From the NCBI GenBank assembly GCA_965113315.1, contig OZ220368.1: 64,000 bases of DNA. The stretch is one strand, 5' to 3'. Origin of the DNA: Podarcis vaucheri. Its lineage: Eukaryota. Positions 11,701 to 25,004 of this stretch are shown one piece after another (within the stretch, counting starts at the first letter, position 1; every line of letters starts with the position of its first letter). Below the pieces are notes generated by a model. The model did no database searches. It was not told the origin of the DNA and saw nothing but the letters and a program-made list of their open reading frames with translations. A program made the translations under genes and the position numbers.

Positions 11701-13711
11701 TGTAGTAGACAGTCAGCATGGTCTTGACAACTACGCCATGTTCTACGTGGGTTGTGAAGGCCCAGAACTCACAAACTTCATGCTGAGCTGGAACCGGTGT
11801 CCCTTCAGCTCCTTTAATCCTCAGACAGGACAAGGCCGACGGGAAACATTGGATGTGAACCGGGCCCTGAGGCGACGCCTCTATCTAGTGGAGCGGGCAC
11901 GGGATGCCCAAGTAGTGGGCATTGTGGTGGGCACTCTTGGTGTGGCAGACTACTTGTCTGTTCTGGAGCATCTGCGTGGCATCATTCAGCGGGCAGGCAA
12001 ACGGGCCTATACCTTGGCTGTGGGTAAACCCAACCCTGCAAAGCTGGCAAACCTTCTAGAGGTGGACATTTTTGTGTTGGTAGCCTGCCCACAGAACTCT
12101 TTGCTTGATTCAGCTGACTTCTACCGGCCTGTGGTCACACCCTACGAGCTGGAGATGGCATGTAATCCAGCACGGACCTGGACAGGCAGCTATGTCACAG
12201 ATTTCCGTCACCTCCTACCAGGTAATACTAGGCTTCGTAACTGGAGAAATGAGTAGAGGCAACAACCAGTGAGCTCCTTTCACACCAGACTCTGGAAATT
12301 ATGTTTGGTCACACACTTCCAAAATTCTCTCTGCAGGCATAAGGGTTTGAAAGTTGTTTATTATAATGATAACTTGAGTCTCACAATGAATTGCAATTTC
12401 AGACTCATAAAAGCTGCACAGCTCTACCATTGCTCTTGGGCCTGCCCTGAAGGCATAGTCTGCTGCAGCAGCAATGACCATAAAGTTCCCTACACCCACA
12501 CAAAGACAGACCAGCGGCAGGGAACAATTTCTACATTGGGGATAATTCAAATACATAGGGTTGTATCCAAAATAGTAACATGTCCTGTCAGTGCAAAGAC
12601 TTTCACTTGCGCAATGAAACTCCCCCCTCCTCTTGCCCTGAATCTATTCTAGGGGTTCCCCTAACCCTTCAGAGCTGATTTGGGAAAGGAGGAAGTGGGG
12701 AAGTTCCATTGTGCAAGCAGATATAATTGGGCTATGCTTACCTCCCATAGTCCTCTCCACATTTGCCATATGAAATGGTGGTCAATGAAGGGCAAGGCAG
12801 TGGGGAGCTCAGTGTGGTGTAGGTGCAGGAAAGGAAGCATCAGAGTAGCTATGCTCTTATCAAGTTGGGAATGTTGGGAAGCCAGGCGAGCAATACCAAC
12901 CCCACCCACTGCTGTTTTTCCATGTGCTAATTCTGCACGTCTTGATCATCCTTAGGTGGGTAAAAGCAGGGCATGATTCTGGATGGGCCAAGCTTAGCTA
13001 TTACTCTTTCCCTTGCTGTTGCCTGCAGGAGCATGTGCGCACACCCCTTTCCCAGACAAGGTTTCAGAGGCGGACAGTGAACCCAGCATTTCACTCATCA
13101 CCGGCGAGCTACGCTCAACTTGTCTTTCTACAGCACCAGACCCAGAGCCAAGCTCTGGCACTTCTGTGACCTGCCGCAGCTATATGCATATGGCTGAGAG
13201 TAGCCCAGCAGGTATGTGTCCGAGGGGTCGGGAATGGATTATGTTAACGGTCCACACAAATGGTGGCAAATCTCATCTGTTAGGACCTTTCTTGTGACTA
13301 ATGGTTGTTCCTGGGAGATGAAAATGGCTGTTTTGAAGTCTGTTATGTGGTGAATGTTTCAAAGGTTTATGCTAGTGTCAGAATAGCAATTAGCAGCCTA
13401 GTCGCCTTCCTCCATTTACAGTTGCAGTAACGAGTGGGGCAGTGGGCCCCGTGGGCTCTTTCATCCATAATCTTGAATATACTGTAAGCTCTGTTCTCTT
13501 CCAGAGGTGTGTCTGGAATTCAGCTTGGGGAAATCATTTATGCCATGATCATTGTTCTTGTTTGATTGTTGTTGTTTTGGTCTTAGCCTCATTTTTGGAG
13601 TCACGAAGCTGGCGGGGGCTGGAGCAGCAGCTGGGGCAGTCAGCAGTCACAAAAGCTGTGGCTGGACGACGGGGGATTGCCATTGCATATGAAGATGAGC
13701 CTTCTGGATGA
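8639..13711 (+). CDS. DPH2: Diphthamide biosynthesis 2 (2-(3-amino-3-carboxypropyl)histidine synthase subunit 2), full gene; join(8639-8791,9928-10040,10526-10746,11589-12221,13029-13211,13587-13711)=1428 nt, 475 aa
   Basis: Perfect Kozak gccaccATGG; motifs [57 protein letters not shown]; all GT-AG, phases close. Confidence 0.97.
9298..9475. mobile_element. Old non-autonomous hAT (Charlie/MER5-like)
   Basis: CAGGTATTCTTCAACCTTT...GTTGAAGGCCAGTG degenerate TIRs, internal GACCCA repeats. Confidence 0.5.
9928..10040 (+). CDS. DPH2: DPH2 coding exon 2 ([10 protein letters not shown]...ILGDTSYGS)
   Basis: ttttgtag| ... AG|GTGAGG. Confidence 0.95.
10526..10746 (+). CDS. DPH2: DPH2 coding exon 3 ([10 protein letters not shown]...AYFHSL)
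   Basis: ttttctttag| ... G|GTGAGA; inside ORF 10506-10997. Confidence 0.95.
11354..11450. mobile_element. Diverged/truncated hAT MITE of the ACTACAACTCCC family
   Basis: CAGGGATGGGGAACC...CTCCAGATGTTGTTGGACTAGAACTCTCATGATCCCTGACCACTGG. Confidence 0.6.
11589..12221 (+). CDS. DPH2: DPH2 coding exon 4 (DNLASQLHP...DFRHLLP)
   Basis: cttcccctcag| ... G|GTAATA; inside ORF 11537-12256. Confidence 0.95.
13029..13211 (+). CDS. DPH2: DPH2 coding exon 5 (GACAHTPFP...SLITGELR...AESSPA)
   Basis: gcctgcag| ... G|GTATGT. Confidence 0.93.
13587..13711 (+). CDS. DPH2: DPH2 coding exon 6 ([13 protein letters not shown]...AYEDEPSG*)
   Basis: ttttggtcttag|; TGA at 13709-13711. Confidence 0.95.
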
Positions 13712-14489
13712 CAGTACCAGCCGGGCCATGCTGAGAAAAAGTTGCCTTCCCTTTCTGCATCTAGATAACCAAACTTGGTTTTTATCACAACCTTCTTCCT
13801 CCTACCCACAACTAGACACATGTATAAGGCAAGGAATATCACTTTCCCTGGCCTGGACATTCCTCTTGGTGGATAGACAGATCAACATTTTAACTGGCTG
13901 ACATCTACAATACAGTAGTTCTGCCAAATGGTGTTTTTTATGTTAAGAAGCTAAGTAAACCTATTCTTCTCACTGTGCTCTCAATTGTGCTGGTGTTTAT
14001 CTGTGCACATAAAGCAGCCCTGGGCTAAGAGTGGCAGCACAGTAGACTTGGGGTTCTGTTGGGGTAACAGGGGTGTGTAGCATTGCAGCTTACGGTAATT
14101 CACATGTGAAATTATACCACAGATCCCCATTTATCCAGCTTCCACTGGCAAGTGGAAGTTATAGTTAGCTATAACTTAGGGCACTCTTGGAAGCCAATCG
14201 TGCTCCTACATGCCCAGGCTCAACCTCTGCCATATTCTCATACATGGGAAAAAGCAGGTAAGAGTGCGATTGAGGAGGGAGTGCAGGTTTCTATACTCTG
14301 GTTGAACCTTGAGCTAATCCACACCACCCAGTGTTAAAGGCGTAACTAGAAGTCGAGAAAAGTTTTCCTATTGAGGCTAGGATTTTGTATCCTCGAGGAG
14401 TTAATTTGCTGATAGCATGAGGAATTGAATTTTAGGACTCAGAAGCAAGAACCAGGCTTTGAATAGCTGGGGTATAAGAATCCTATGAT

Positions 14490-14700
14490 AAAGAGCCAGT
14501 ATAGTGGGTAGAGTGCTGAACAGGACTTTGGAGACCAGGGTTCATATGCCCACTCAGCCATGAAGCTCACTGGGTGATCTTGGGCCACTCAACTCACTAC
14601 AACCCTGTAAGGTGGGTTGAAGGTAAAATGGGGAGAAGTATATATATCTCCTTGATCTCTTTGGAGGAAAGGCAGGAAACAAATGTAGTAAATAAATAAG
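14490..14700 (+). mobile_element. tRNA-derived SINE (MIR/Squam2-like)
   Basis: A/B-box-like head, CAGCCATGAAGCTCACTGGGTGA core, (AAAT)n tail; reverse copy at about 55690-55900. Confidence 0.65.
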
Positions 14701-16241
14701 AACAGCCTTGCTGCATTAAACCAAAGGCCCATCTTGTCTAGGATCCTGTTTCCCACAGTGGGCAACCACATACCTACACCTATGGGAAGCACACAAGAAC
14801 ATGAGAGGCAATGGCATCCTATAGAAACAAGTAGAAATGGAGTCCTATAGTTCTCCATACAGTTATGCTCCTACAAAATATGCATTGTCTGCTCAGGTGG
14901 AGGTTACATATTTTGCAGCTCTTTGGAGTTTAAAAACACAGACTGAAGAAAGGGGTGGCTGTTGATCTGTGTTAGAGAAAGAGTTGTGTACTAGCATCTT
15001 TCCTCCCAGTAGCAGGATAGGGTATGTTTATCCACTCGTCATTTCCGACCCACAAGCATAAGTCACTGACATCCTTAGATGTGTACCATCCAATATAATG
15101 CTCAAAGTTATTTCTGTTGAACATGCCTATCAAACAGAAAGGAGAAACATCATTCCATATCCTAATAGAGAAGAAAAATATAACACAGCTGGCACTGTGT
15201 TGTGTAAACATCTGCCATCCAATCAGGAATCAAAACAGCATTGAGCACAAGGTACAAGATGTACCAGGTAAGGGATATATACATCCCTTAAGTCAAGAAC
15301 CTACTTCAGTTAAAGCTAGTAACATTTTTAAGACTTAGAATAATTTGCCAATAAAAAAACCATTTTTAAACACTACTTGTAGACCTTGCTATGCCAAATA
15401 AAGTTCTATTTTAAATCCATTGGCATCCTTCCTTTCTCCTTATTTGGGCAACTTTTCTGAAGCATTAATACACCCAAATCAACTTCATAATTGTTTATCA
15501 AATAATAGGAGGGCCACTGTATGCTATGCACATTACAGCCCATCTGGCCAATGCTCTTAGTATCTGGCTGCGTATGTATGATCCCTGGGGTGGGGGCTTG
15601 TGATACATACCAGCAAAAAAGAAAAGTCATGGGAGTGGGAGAGATAGTAACTGGTAGAATGGGAACCTCCAGAAATGAGCACAGCATAAAATAGCACAGG
15701 GTAGTACAGAGAAGTATATATCCAGTGTTCTAAACTTCCATTGTTCTAGGCACATTTTCGACAGGGAATTCCATTAGCGCAAGTAGCTTCTGAGCTCTGG
15801 GTGCAGTACTGCGCCTAAAATTTCAGATTAAAACTGCAGAGTGGAAGGAAAGGACCTTTTTCTGCCTCTTCACTTCCAGATACTCTCTGAAGACTGGAGA
15901 AGAGACCCTCAAGAATATTAGTGGGGTGGGCAGTGGAAGGACTAAACCATGTGAAAAATGAACATAATATTTTAGCTGCAGTTCATTCATTTTCAGCTTT
16001 GCATTCTTGTTACAAAAAAGTGTGCCTAGACATTCCATTGTTGTGCCCATACCCTAAGTTTAAGGTGCCATTTAGCTCCTAGCTTTCATATTTCTGTTTA
16101 TAACACTGCTTACACCATGTCATAGCTGCTTTCCTGGTCTCCTGCTCACCTTCTGCTGCTGTTATAATAGTTTGCTGAAGTGAGAGGGGCATCCTGTAGC
16201 AGGCCAAGGCCCTAGAAGCGGCCAGGTGAGTTATTTTACAC

Positions 16242-16368
16242 CAGGGTGGCTAACCATTGGCCTTTCAGATGTTGCTGAACTACAATTCCCACAAGCCCCA
16301 GCCACCATAGCCATTAGGTGTAATGGTAGCCCATCATAATTAGGAGGGCACCACATTGGCTATACCTG
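16242..16368. mobile_element. hAT MITE
   Basis: 8-bp TSD TTTTACAC on both sides; internal AACTACAATTCCCA. Confidence 0.8.
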
Positions 16369-17831
16369 TTTTACACGGCCACCCGCTATGTAGAGAAGTC
16401 ACACACCTCTACCCTTCACACATGGTCCAAAAAGTGAAGAAAGAGGCCACCGCATAGCAATAGCTTAAGAGTTATAGACAGAAAGGCTAAGATAGACAAG
16501 AGTGGGGCAAACAAGAATACTTAATAACCAAGGAAGTATGCAACTCCATAAGCCATACTACAAAATGCAGCATAACTGTGGAGAAGCCGTGTTTAGACAT
16601 TAGCACTGCTCCTAATCTCCGTAAGTTTGCTTCCTCTGAACATTATTTTCAGAACATCACCTCCACATTCCATTCTCCAACTGCCATGCCATACCAGAGG
16701 AAAAAAAGAAAAAAAAGGACAAGAAAGGTATAACAGGCAGTCTTTTGCACAAGCTAGTAATGATTATGTTGTTGCTTTTTGCTCCATGCTGCAAAGTAAG
16801 ATTCAGTTCCATGGCCTCTTACAGTCTCTTGCTTGTACCTTCTATTCTACTTATACCACCTACGAAGACATGGGTCAAGTGCTGTTTGCAATGCAAGCTC
16901 ATCAGTCAAGGTCCTGGGCAGCAGTTGCATAGGTATCAGGATCCGGAAAGCAGCAACATCATATGCTAAGCCTTGTAGCAGCCCATGACCACACCAGTGA
17001 TCAATACCTTTCCTAATAAGGCAAAGTGTGGAGTGCTTAGATAAACAGCATGGAAGTAAGAGCTTCAAATAAATAACTGAAAGGTATAGCACACAGCCTC
17101 AAAATGCTACTTTTTAAAGGAATGTTTCAGTGCAAAGAACACCGAACAGAAACACTGAAATCAGCGGAAAGAGAGAAGGTGCAGCAATGTACCACATGCC
17201 CAAACCTAGAAGGCACATTCTCTGCCAAGTACTGCTTGTTTTGTGCATTAATGTAGATACTTCTCTTTACCGGGGTGTAATCATGGCCACTGCTATAGAA
17301 ATACCAGAGTACTGCTTTTTCCCTAATATAGCCAACTATACTTTGTTCTTTCCATGTGCATTGTGAAGGTTTCATAGCTATTCAAGATAAGCCACCAAGC
17401 CACCTTATAGATTACTTAATTACAGATCACTACTCCAATTTCTGATCAAAACACATAAACTACTTGGTTGCACTGATTAGTTAAACATTAAGTCCACATT
17501 TGATGTGAAGATTTCTGATGTAATTTGACTTTTTTAACCAGTCACTTAACAAGCCAAGATTACACAAAATGATTATCTTGTTTCCAGATTCAAAGTACTT
17601 CATCTGCCTGAACTGGAACAACCCTTACTTGGAAAAAAATACGGTATACCCTATTCACTTTTCAAGACTTGACCTAGAACAGTGCATTGTCAGTATGCTA
17701 CTTTTTGCATTTACTTAAAATGCCTGATTTTGTTTCAGCTTCTGTTGTCCCATAAGCATATTCTTCCCCAAGAACATGTTTTGCCTTGGAAATTCAGAAG
17801 CTCCAGCTGATGTCTACATTAACCTCTAGTA

Positions 17832-18107
17832 CAGCAGTTCTCAAACCACTTTTTCCATGGACCACTTGGAAAATGCTGTGGATGGTGCAGGGCTCAGCCA
17901 GCTACTTTTTTGTTTTATAACTCATACTCTAAATAACTGCAGTCTTTTATTTCTAATGCGATGGATATGCCTGTTTTTTTGTGAGCAACGTTCTGTGAAG
18001 TCCATCTCCATCATCAGAAAATATAAAGTGCAGGGCCAAGTACAGATACTTTTGACCACTCCACAAACCACCTCAATGGAGCCTGCAAATGTGTTTGAGA
18101 ACTGCTC
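17832..18107. mobile_element. Non-autonomous hAT element
   Basis: TIRs CAGCAGTTCTCAAAC / GTTTGAGAACTGCTC. Confidence 0.65.
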
Positions 18108-18780
18108 CAGTACTTACCACACTGGTATCTGCTATTGTTATTTAGATGGTTCAATTGTTACTTTGGTAAGCTCTTGTTAAATAGAAAGGATTGACTAAGG
18201 TTCAAGCCATCCCAACCTGCTTTTATGTAAACTGAGCTTCGCTACCGAGGGATAGGAAACATTACAGCAAGTCCCAAGTTAGGAACCTACTCATGTTGTA
18301 TGGGGAGACTGAAACTGGCCCTGGAGTCATTCTGAATTGCACATGTGCTCAACCTGGTTAGTCTCCAAACCTGCAATACCAACAGTCCCCCATATGAAAA
18401 TGATTTGCTCCTCTCCCATCCTTCCACCATAAACAGTAGCACACCCTCAGATCCATTGTCACATCTTGATCTTCAGCTGCAGAAGCAACCAGGGACATTT
18501 TTCATCAGAGCGCGTAAAGGTGGCTGCAACCCTTTTAAATGAACCTAGAAACTATCATTCATATTACAGGCTAGTATGATAATATGCCTTCCACGGGATG
18601 CTCCTATAGATTGTTGCCTGCAAAAAGAAAATTTGAACTGGTTATGCAACTTTGCCAGCACACCAAGAAATGCAAAGGCTGGCAGGTATGCTTCCTTCTG
18701 AGAAGCTAACTTTGATTCTTTCCAATACTTTGTTGCAGAATTTGGATTTCTTCTTTGTCCAAAACGACATCATACTCTTC

Positions 18781-18786
18781 TTTATT
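18781..18786 (-). terminator. Candidate IPO13 polyadenylation signal (AATAAA)
   Basis: First AATAAA on the - strand after the stop, about 500 nt downstream. Confidence 0.45.
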
Positions 18787-19289
18787 ACCCGTTAGGCTAG
18801 GGCAGCTATAAGTGCAACTGCAGCTGCTACAGCTTTTCACCCTCCCCTGCCCAATATTGTCCAGAAGTTACGTCTCTTCCCCCAATTCACCAAACACCAC
18901 AGCTTAGAAATAGCCTTAATATAATTCAAGGCTGCAGGGCCTTCCACTTCAGTCAGACACAAGCTGCCTCATGCAGGGCAAAGGCAGACTGTTTAGGAAC
19001 AGACAATACCACAGATATGTCTACAGGAGTGTGCCGGGAAAACAAAGGGCAATCATTGCACCAGTCTAGCAGGGGGAGGAAATATCCTCAGCTCCAGCCT
19101 GTGCTCCAAGTCCTTGTAGCCTGCTGCCTCTGAACATGCAGGAGGGATGGACAAACAGCTCATTCTTGAGAGGAGCAGCCTCAGCAGGTTAGTTGTAGTT
19201 ATCATCCTATGAGCTGGTTCAATAGCAGCGTTAGGCAGTGGCAGGTAGCCAGCAGATCTGTTCATACTCCTGTTTTGCTACATGGCCCC

Positions 19290-19386
19290 TCAGTAGTCTG
19301 CTGTGTATTCGGTACCATGCAGTCCTCGGCACAGCAGCGTGAACTCCTTTACCATCTCCTTCACACGCCGTTTGTTCACACGCTCT
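19290..19386 (-). CDS. IPO13: IPO13 exon 20 (coding part)
   Basis: [31 protein letters not shown]; TGA at 19290-19292. Confidence 0.95.
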
Positions 19387-22300
19387 CTGCTAACACAGAA
19401 AAAGAATGATGAAAGGCTGATATATAAGAATGGTGAATAAATCACTTAAAAAACCAGCTAGAGCTGAGTCGGATGTTCCCATACACAAGGGCACCACCCA
19501 GTGCCAAACCCATGGAATCCCCAGCACTGAGAGCTGGGCACTGCAGACGTGCTCCACACAGCTACTATAATCATTGCTGCCCTCCATTAAGACATCCTCT
19601 TTCAAATAACTCATGTTCCTGTTCTGCAAATTATCGTTCACCAATGCATCTCTGTTCCTCGGTGGCTGGATTAATCTAGTGAATCCTACTCTTCCAGCCA
19701 TAAGAATACAAAAAGAGCCTGCCAGAACAAGCCAATGGCCCGATACAGCAGGCTCTGCTTATGTTCCTGTTATAATTATTAAATGCTGGTGAATTCATGG
19801 GTTTTTACATGGAGTAGCAGGGGCTTAAAGGAGAAACCAAAGCAACACCAAGATAGGTAGCATGTCTCTACAAGGATAAAAACTCAAGTTCATGTTTAGT
19901 TTCCATGCTACCCTTTTCTATTTACCTCTACTTTATATAAATACCTTGAACCTTTCTGAACATCTTAATTAATTTACTAAAAAAAATAATAAAAATAAGC
20001 AAGCTCTTTATTGTAGAAGATTCTGGGGAGGACTGTTGAACCTGGGGAAATGCTCAGTATCTATCATGATCACTCATGACAATTTGGGGGCATAGACAGA
20101 AAGCTGAAGAGCCAAGAAACCCCTTCACACATCTTCCCCAACTCAGTCTTCCAGAAAAGTCTTCAAGAGAAAGTTCACCTGAGAATTTGCTGGCTGAAGA
20201 TTTCCTTTTGTTCAGGGCTGACACGGGCTGATGGAAAACCCTCCTGCTGCATCACTTCCTTGATCCAGACACTCAAGTAACTGAAGCAGTGCTTGTTGAG
20301 AGCAAAGAGGATCTCAGCAAAGTGATCCATCAAGTTGCGTGCAGCCTGGCCACCTATACCCTGCAGATGGAGCAAATCCAGTTAACACCAGACAATAATC
20401 CTCCCAGGAGACTGCACTGCAGGAGGGAGCATTACATTACAAACCTAAGAAGGCTCCAGCAGATTGCATCAAGGAAATGTTTTTAAAAAGGAAGTGGCCA
20501 AGATGGCACACTTGCTTGGGAGTAAGCACCACTGAACTTAGTGGAACACGCTTCCAAGTAAGACATTAAATACTAGATCAGGCTGCAAATCATTCAGGGA
20601 TATTCTGGTTAGAAGGGAGCTGAATTAATAAAAGATACTGGAATAAGTGCAGCTTATCTGTGAGCATGGCTCCTTCCAGTTATTCCTTCTAATTGTCCCT
20701 GACTTAGCTTGAAAAGCCCCACTCCTTACCTCAAGCACAGCCTGCAGCAGCATTTTGCCATTCTCATGTACCACTTGTCCCACCGGTGGAATCTCCCCAC
20801 AACGTGGCAATAACTCAGTCTGTAAGAAACAGTGAGAAGGAGTTGATGCAAACTGTATTGCTATAACTCAGATATATAGCCATCTGTCTCCAGTCCCATG
20901 TGGGAGACGAGCGCATTCCTGTATACATGTCCAAACAGAGTGGAGGCATATACAGTTAGGAGAAAATGCCTCCATACAAAAAATCCCAACTGCAAAAGAA
21001 AATAAAAAGGCCCAAATGGCAACTTATGAAAGGAGAAGCTCCCTTCTGGAATTTGGAGGCAGCTCCCTCTCACCAGTTCTGGGTGCTTCTCCATCCTGTC
21101 CCAGCACAAGTGCTTCCAAGCCACTTGGCCCAAACGCAACTCTGCCTGTACCATTGGCCAATGGCAGATCTAGCAAAAGCAAAACACTCACAAAAAAGCC
21201 ACAGGCAGCTTTGACAGTTGGTGCTTCAGGGAACTTCAAGGAGATCACACCTAGAGGGAAAGCAACACTTCAGGACTCAGCTAACACAATTCAAAGCTTT
21301 CCACAAGAGTGGGGAAGGAAAGGAGCCTTCCCTTCTCCAAGCACAAGGACTTTACATGGAGCTTCAGCTGGTCTGATTTGAGGGGTGTTTCTACATCAAA
21401 CATGCAGGCTGCTGTCATATATCTGAACCTTTAAGAAACACTGCCTCATTTGGCTATATCAGCTTTCCCAATTGCATCAAGGGAGCTCAATTTTTGGATA
21501 GCTTAGTCTTACGGGGCCTGCCTACTCACCACAATGGAATATTGCTTTGACATCCAGGCTGCTACACAGGAACAGGTCAGGTTTCCGTTTGAGTGCCTGC
21601 AAGGTACACACACATACACAGACAATAAACACAGCTCTGGCAAGCCAGAGGCAAAAAAGTGCCACAGAATAGCTCCCTGGCCAAGACCCCCATGTGCACT
21701 TACCTGGCCATCAGCCATGGTGCACAGTAAGTCAGATATGGCAGGAAGGGAAAGAACATAAGTAGGACACTTCTGAAGTCAAGGGCATCAAGGACTCCAG
21801 GTAATTAAGAGCCTCTGAAGACACATGTAATTGAAACATTACCTAGAAACAACCTACTAGGATTCCTACTTTGCTACAAATGAAGAAATCTAGAGATGTG
21901 GGAATTATTTTCTACACCGCCAGGAAAGGGGGCTCATCTAGTTTCAGTATTCCTGTTAAACTACAAAAAGGCTGATTTTACTTGTGACTTAATATAAATA
22001 TTGCTCCCTGGCAGCTTATTTCAGCACCATAGACAGCAAGAACAGGCAAGAATTCTGCAAGCCTATCCATTTCAGCACCTTGGACAGCAGTCCCCACTGT
22101 TACTTCCATTCCTGAAGGACCTAAACATCTGCTCCACCATGGCATTCACAAAACAAGGTGAGACCTATTAACAAACAGGGCCCTAAACAACTTATACTCC
22201 TATATAGTAGCTATGTGAAGTATGTGCTTTTTCAATGAAGCACGATCTTCCGGGGCTGCAGAAGTATTGCTTGTTGTACCTGCAACTGGATACCAATCGC

Positions 22301-24967
22301 TGCAATGACTAGCTTCCAAAGCTTTGTATTCTCAGTTTCCACTCTACATGCCTTGATTGTCCACTTGTTCATCACCCACGTGGAAGGAACAAAGAGAGTT
22401 AAGGGAAGGGCTGTAATTCAGTGGCAGAGCATCTGCCTTGCACACTGAAGCTCTCAGGTACAATTTCCGACATCTGCAGGTAGGGCTGGGGATGTCCCCT
22501 GCCTGAAACCTGTTAGAGTCACTACCAATCAGTGTAGACAATACTGAGCTAGATGGACCAACGGTTTGACCTGGTGTAAGGCATCTTCCTATGATCCAAT
22601 GTTATGTCCTTTTCTGTCATGCAATGGTAAATATCTGCTTGGTGCTAATCTGCAGGGTTTTCAATGGTTCTTGTATTGCAAATGCTACTGTTAAAACTGC
22701 TACGGAATATTGCTAATACTCTAAAGTTTTAAAAATGATTTTTATTCCATCACCCTAGTAAAGAATGTTTTGTTTGTTTGCATCCCTCCAAGTACTGTTT
22801 TACATATTGAGGGCCAGTTTCAACTAATGAGCCCCACTAGCGGAACTATAGCAATGGGGCTTCCCCTCTTCCCTCTCCCTGCACCCAAATGGGCTGGAGA
22901 AGGGCCAGGAGACCCCCCAAAACAGCCTGCAGGAGGAAGAAAGGGGGCATCATTCCATATGGCAAGATGAAGCGCTTGCTTTGACAGAATGATTGCCATA
23001 GTGCTATGTTGAATTCCTCCCACAATGTGTTACAGCCAACTAAGTGGAAACAGATTTGCTTAGTACACAGTGCATTGTGAGCCACCAGTATAGAAATAGA
23101 TAAAAAGGCCAATTAAATCAAATGTCTGAGCCCACACATCTTTGTATTCAATTACTGAAACATTTGCTCATATCCAAAGTGATGCAAATTAAACCATGCA
23201 GAATAAATTATATTAATACCAATACAGGTTTCAATAAACAATTTAGCCAATATACCACATAATGACAGCCAGTTAAAGGAAACTCAGTGCTAGCTCGCAA
23301 TATGCTCATGACGTGACACTAACCCTTTGTCTCTCTCAACAACTACCTTTGTATCAAAGCAACCTTATGGTGGTGCGCTAAAACTAGGACCTATAAGAAC
23401 AAATTTAAAATTTTCATCTAAACACCTATGCTAGAGGAATGACTCTAGTGTTCTGACATTTTAAGCAATTAAAATTGTTCCAACAAAAGATCATTCTTTT
23501 GTGTCTCCCTTTCCTCTTCACTTCTTTTTTTCTTCTACATGGCAGCACACACACACAATTTCAGGAAAGTTCAAATGTATATTTAAGCCAAGGCTGCTGG
23601 TCTTCTGATTTAGGGATAATATAGGCATTAGTGGGGCAATACTTGCAAATCAAGATTATTTGATTTTTGAACAAAGAAAGGAAAATGGTATATATTCTTG
23701 CATAATTCTGCCCACAGACACAACATTTATGTTTCACAATGTACCAATCCACTTGAATGGACAAGCAGTGTTGTTACATACTCAATGGTCTTCTCATTTT
23801 AGCAAACTGACCCTTCTGCTAGGCCTGTATTCTAGTCTCACTAGATGGCTTCAAAGGAAGTGCATGCCAGATGCTGGTGCTGTGAAGAATTTTCCTACTG
23901 ATTTGTCTCCACACTAAGCGTGAGGGGAGAACATTCCCCTCGGATTTCAGATTTCTCACATATTCCTATATCCAATGTCTTTTAACTTGGTTGTTGGGAC
24001 AGAACAAGCCTGGACATGGGCCACCAGTTGGGCAAGTTAAACAAACAGCAAATGTTAACGTAAGTCTTCTAGGGCATTGCCAATTTAGGCTTACTCCAAG
24101 AGAGAAGGGTATAGGTGACATTCTGCCAATGAGACACTGTCAGCAAATTATAGGAAACTGGCAGACTACAGAAGCTGCACTTTCAAATGCAACCCAGTCC
24201 TCCTTGCCTCATACAGAATCCAGAACCATGCGTAGTTTGGAACCATGTTACCTCAAGGGTCATATTCTCCCATATGAATCCACTCTGCCTCTTTTGTTTT
24301 AGTTGAGTTCTTGCTCCAAGTACTACAGGTATATGTAGGCTGGTAGCCACAAACAGCATGACTCTTTGGGTGATGGCAGCCTGCCCTTGGAAGTATCTCT
24401 CTAGAGAGTCTGCTAAGATGCATTTTGGTGCATGGCCCAAACATCTTTTTAGCAAAGCAGTTGGAAGATGAAGAGTTTCAAATGCTGGACTACTGTAATT
24501 AATCTTTTAGTTACAAGTGTTTCAAATATTGCTTCAGAATTTTATTGTATCTTATTGTACGCTGTTTTGTGGGACTGGCGAACCAGGAGGTAGTATTTTA
24601 TTTTTTACTCAAAGAAAGAATGAAAGTGCTAATGACAATATGGGGAAGAACCAGTATATCAGCTGCCTCTCTCTCCTCTTTTGGGGTGTGTGTTAAGTTT
24701 TAATGTGAATGCTGAGAGATAGCAAAAGTGCAATGGGACTTAGGCTCACAGATGAAGTAGAATAAGAGACAATGAGAACGCCAGTGACCCCAAGATGGAG
24801 GGTGCAGTGTCTCCAGACCACCAGCTTTCACATCTCCAAAAGAAGTGGTGAACAAAACATACTGGGCACTAGTAGCTAAATCAGCCCAAACCCAGGCAAC
24901 TTCTAATTTGAGCTTCTCTCAAAGTATATGGAGGCAAACAAACAATATTTATTCAACCAAGGGAGGA

Positions 24968-25004
<37 letters not shown>

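Noticed and set aside
14493-14560. tRNA-like sequences (also at 22405)
   Set aside because: SINE heads followed by LINE-derived tails; no intact cloverleaf.
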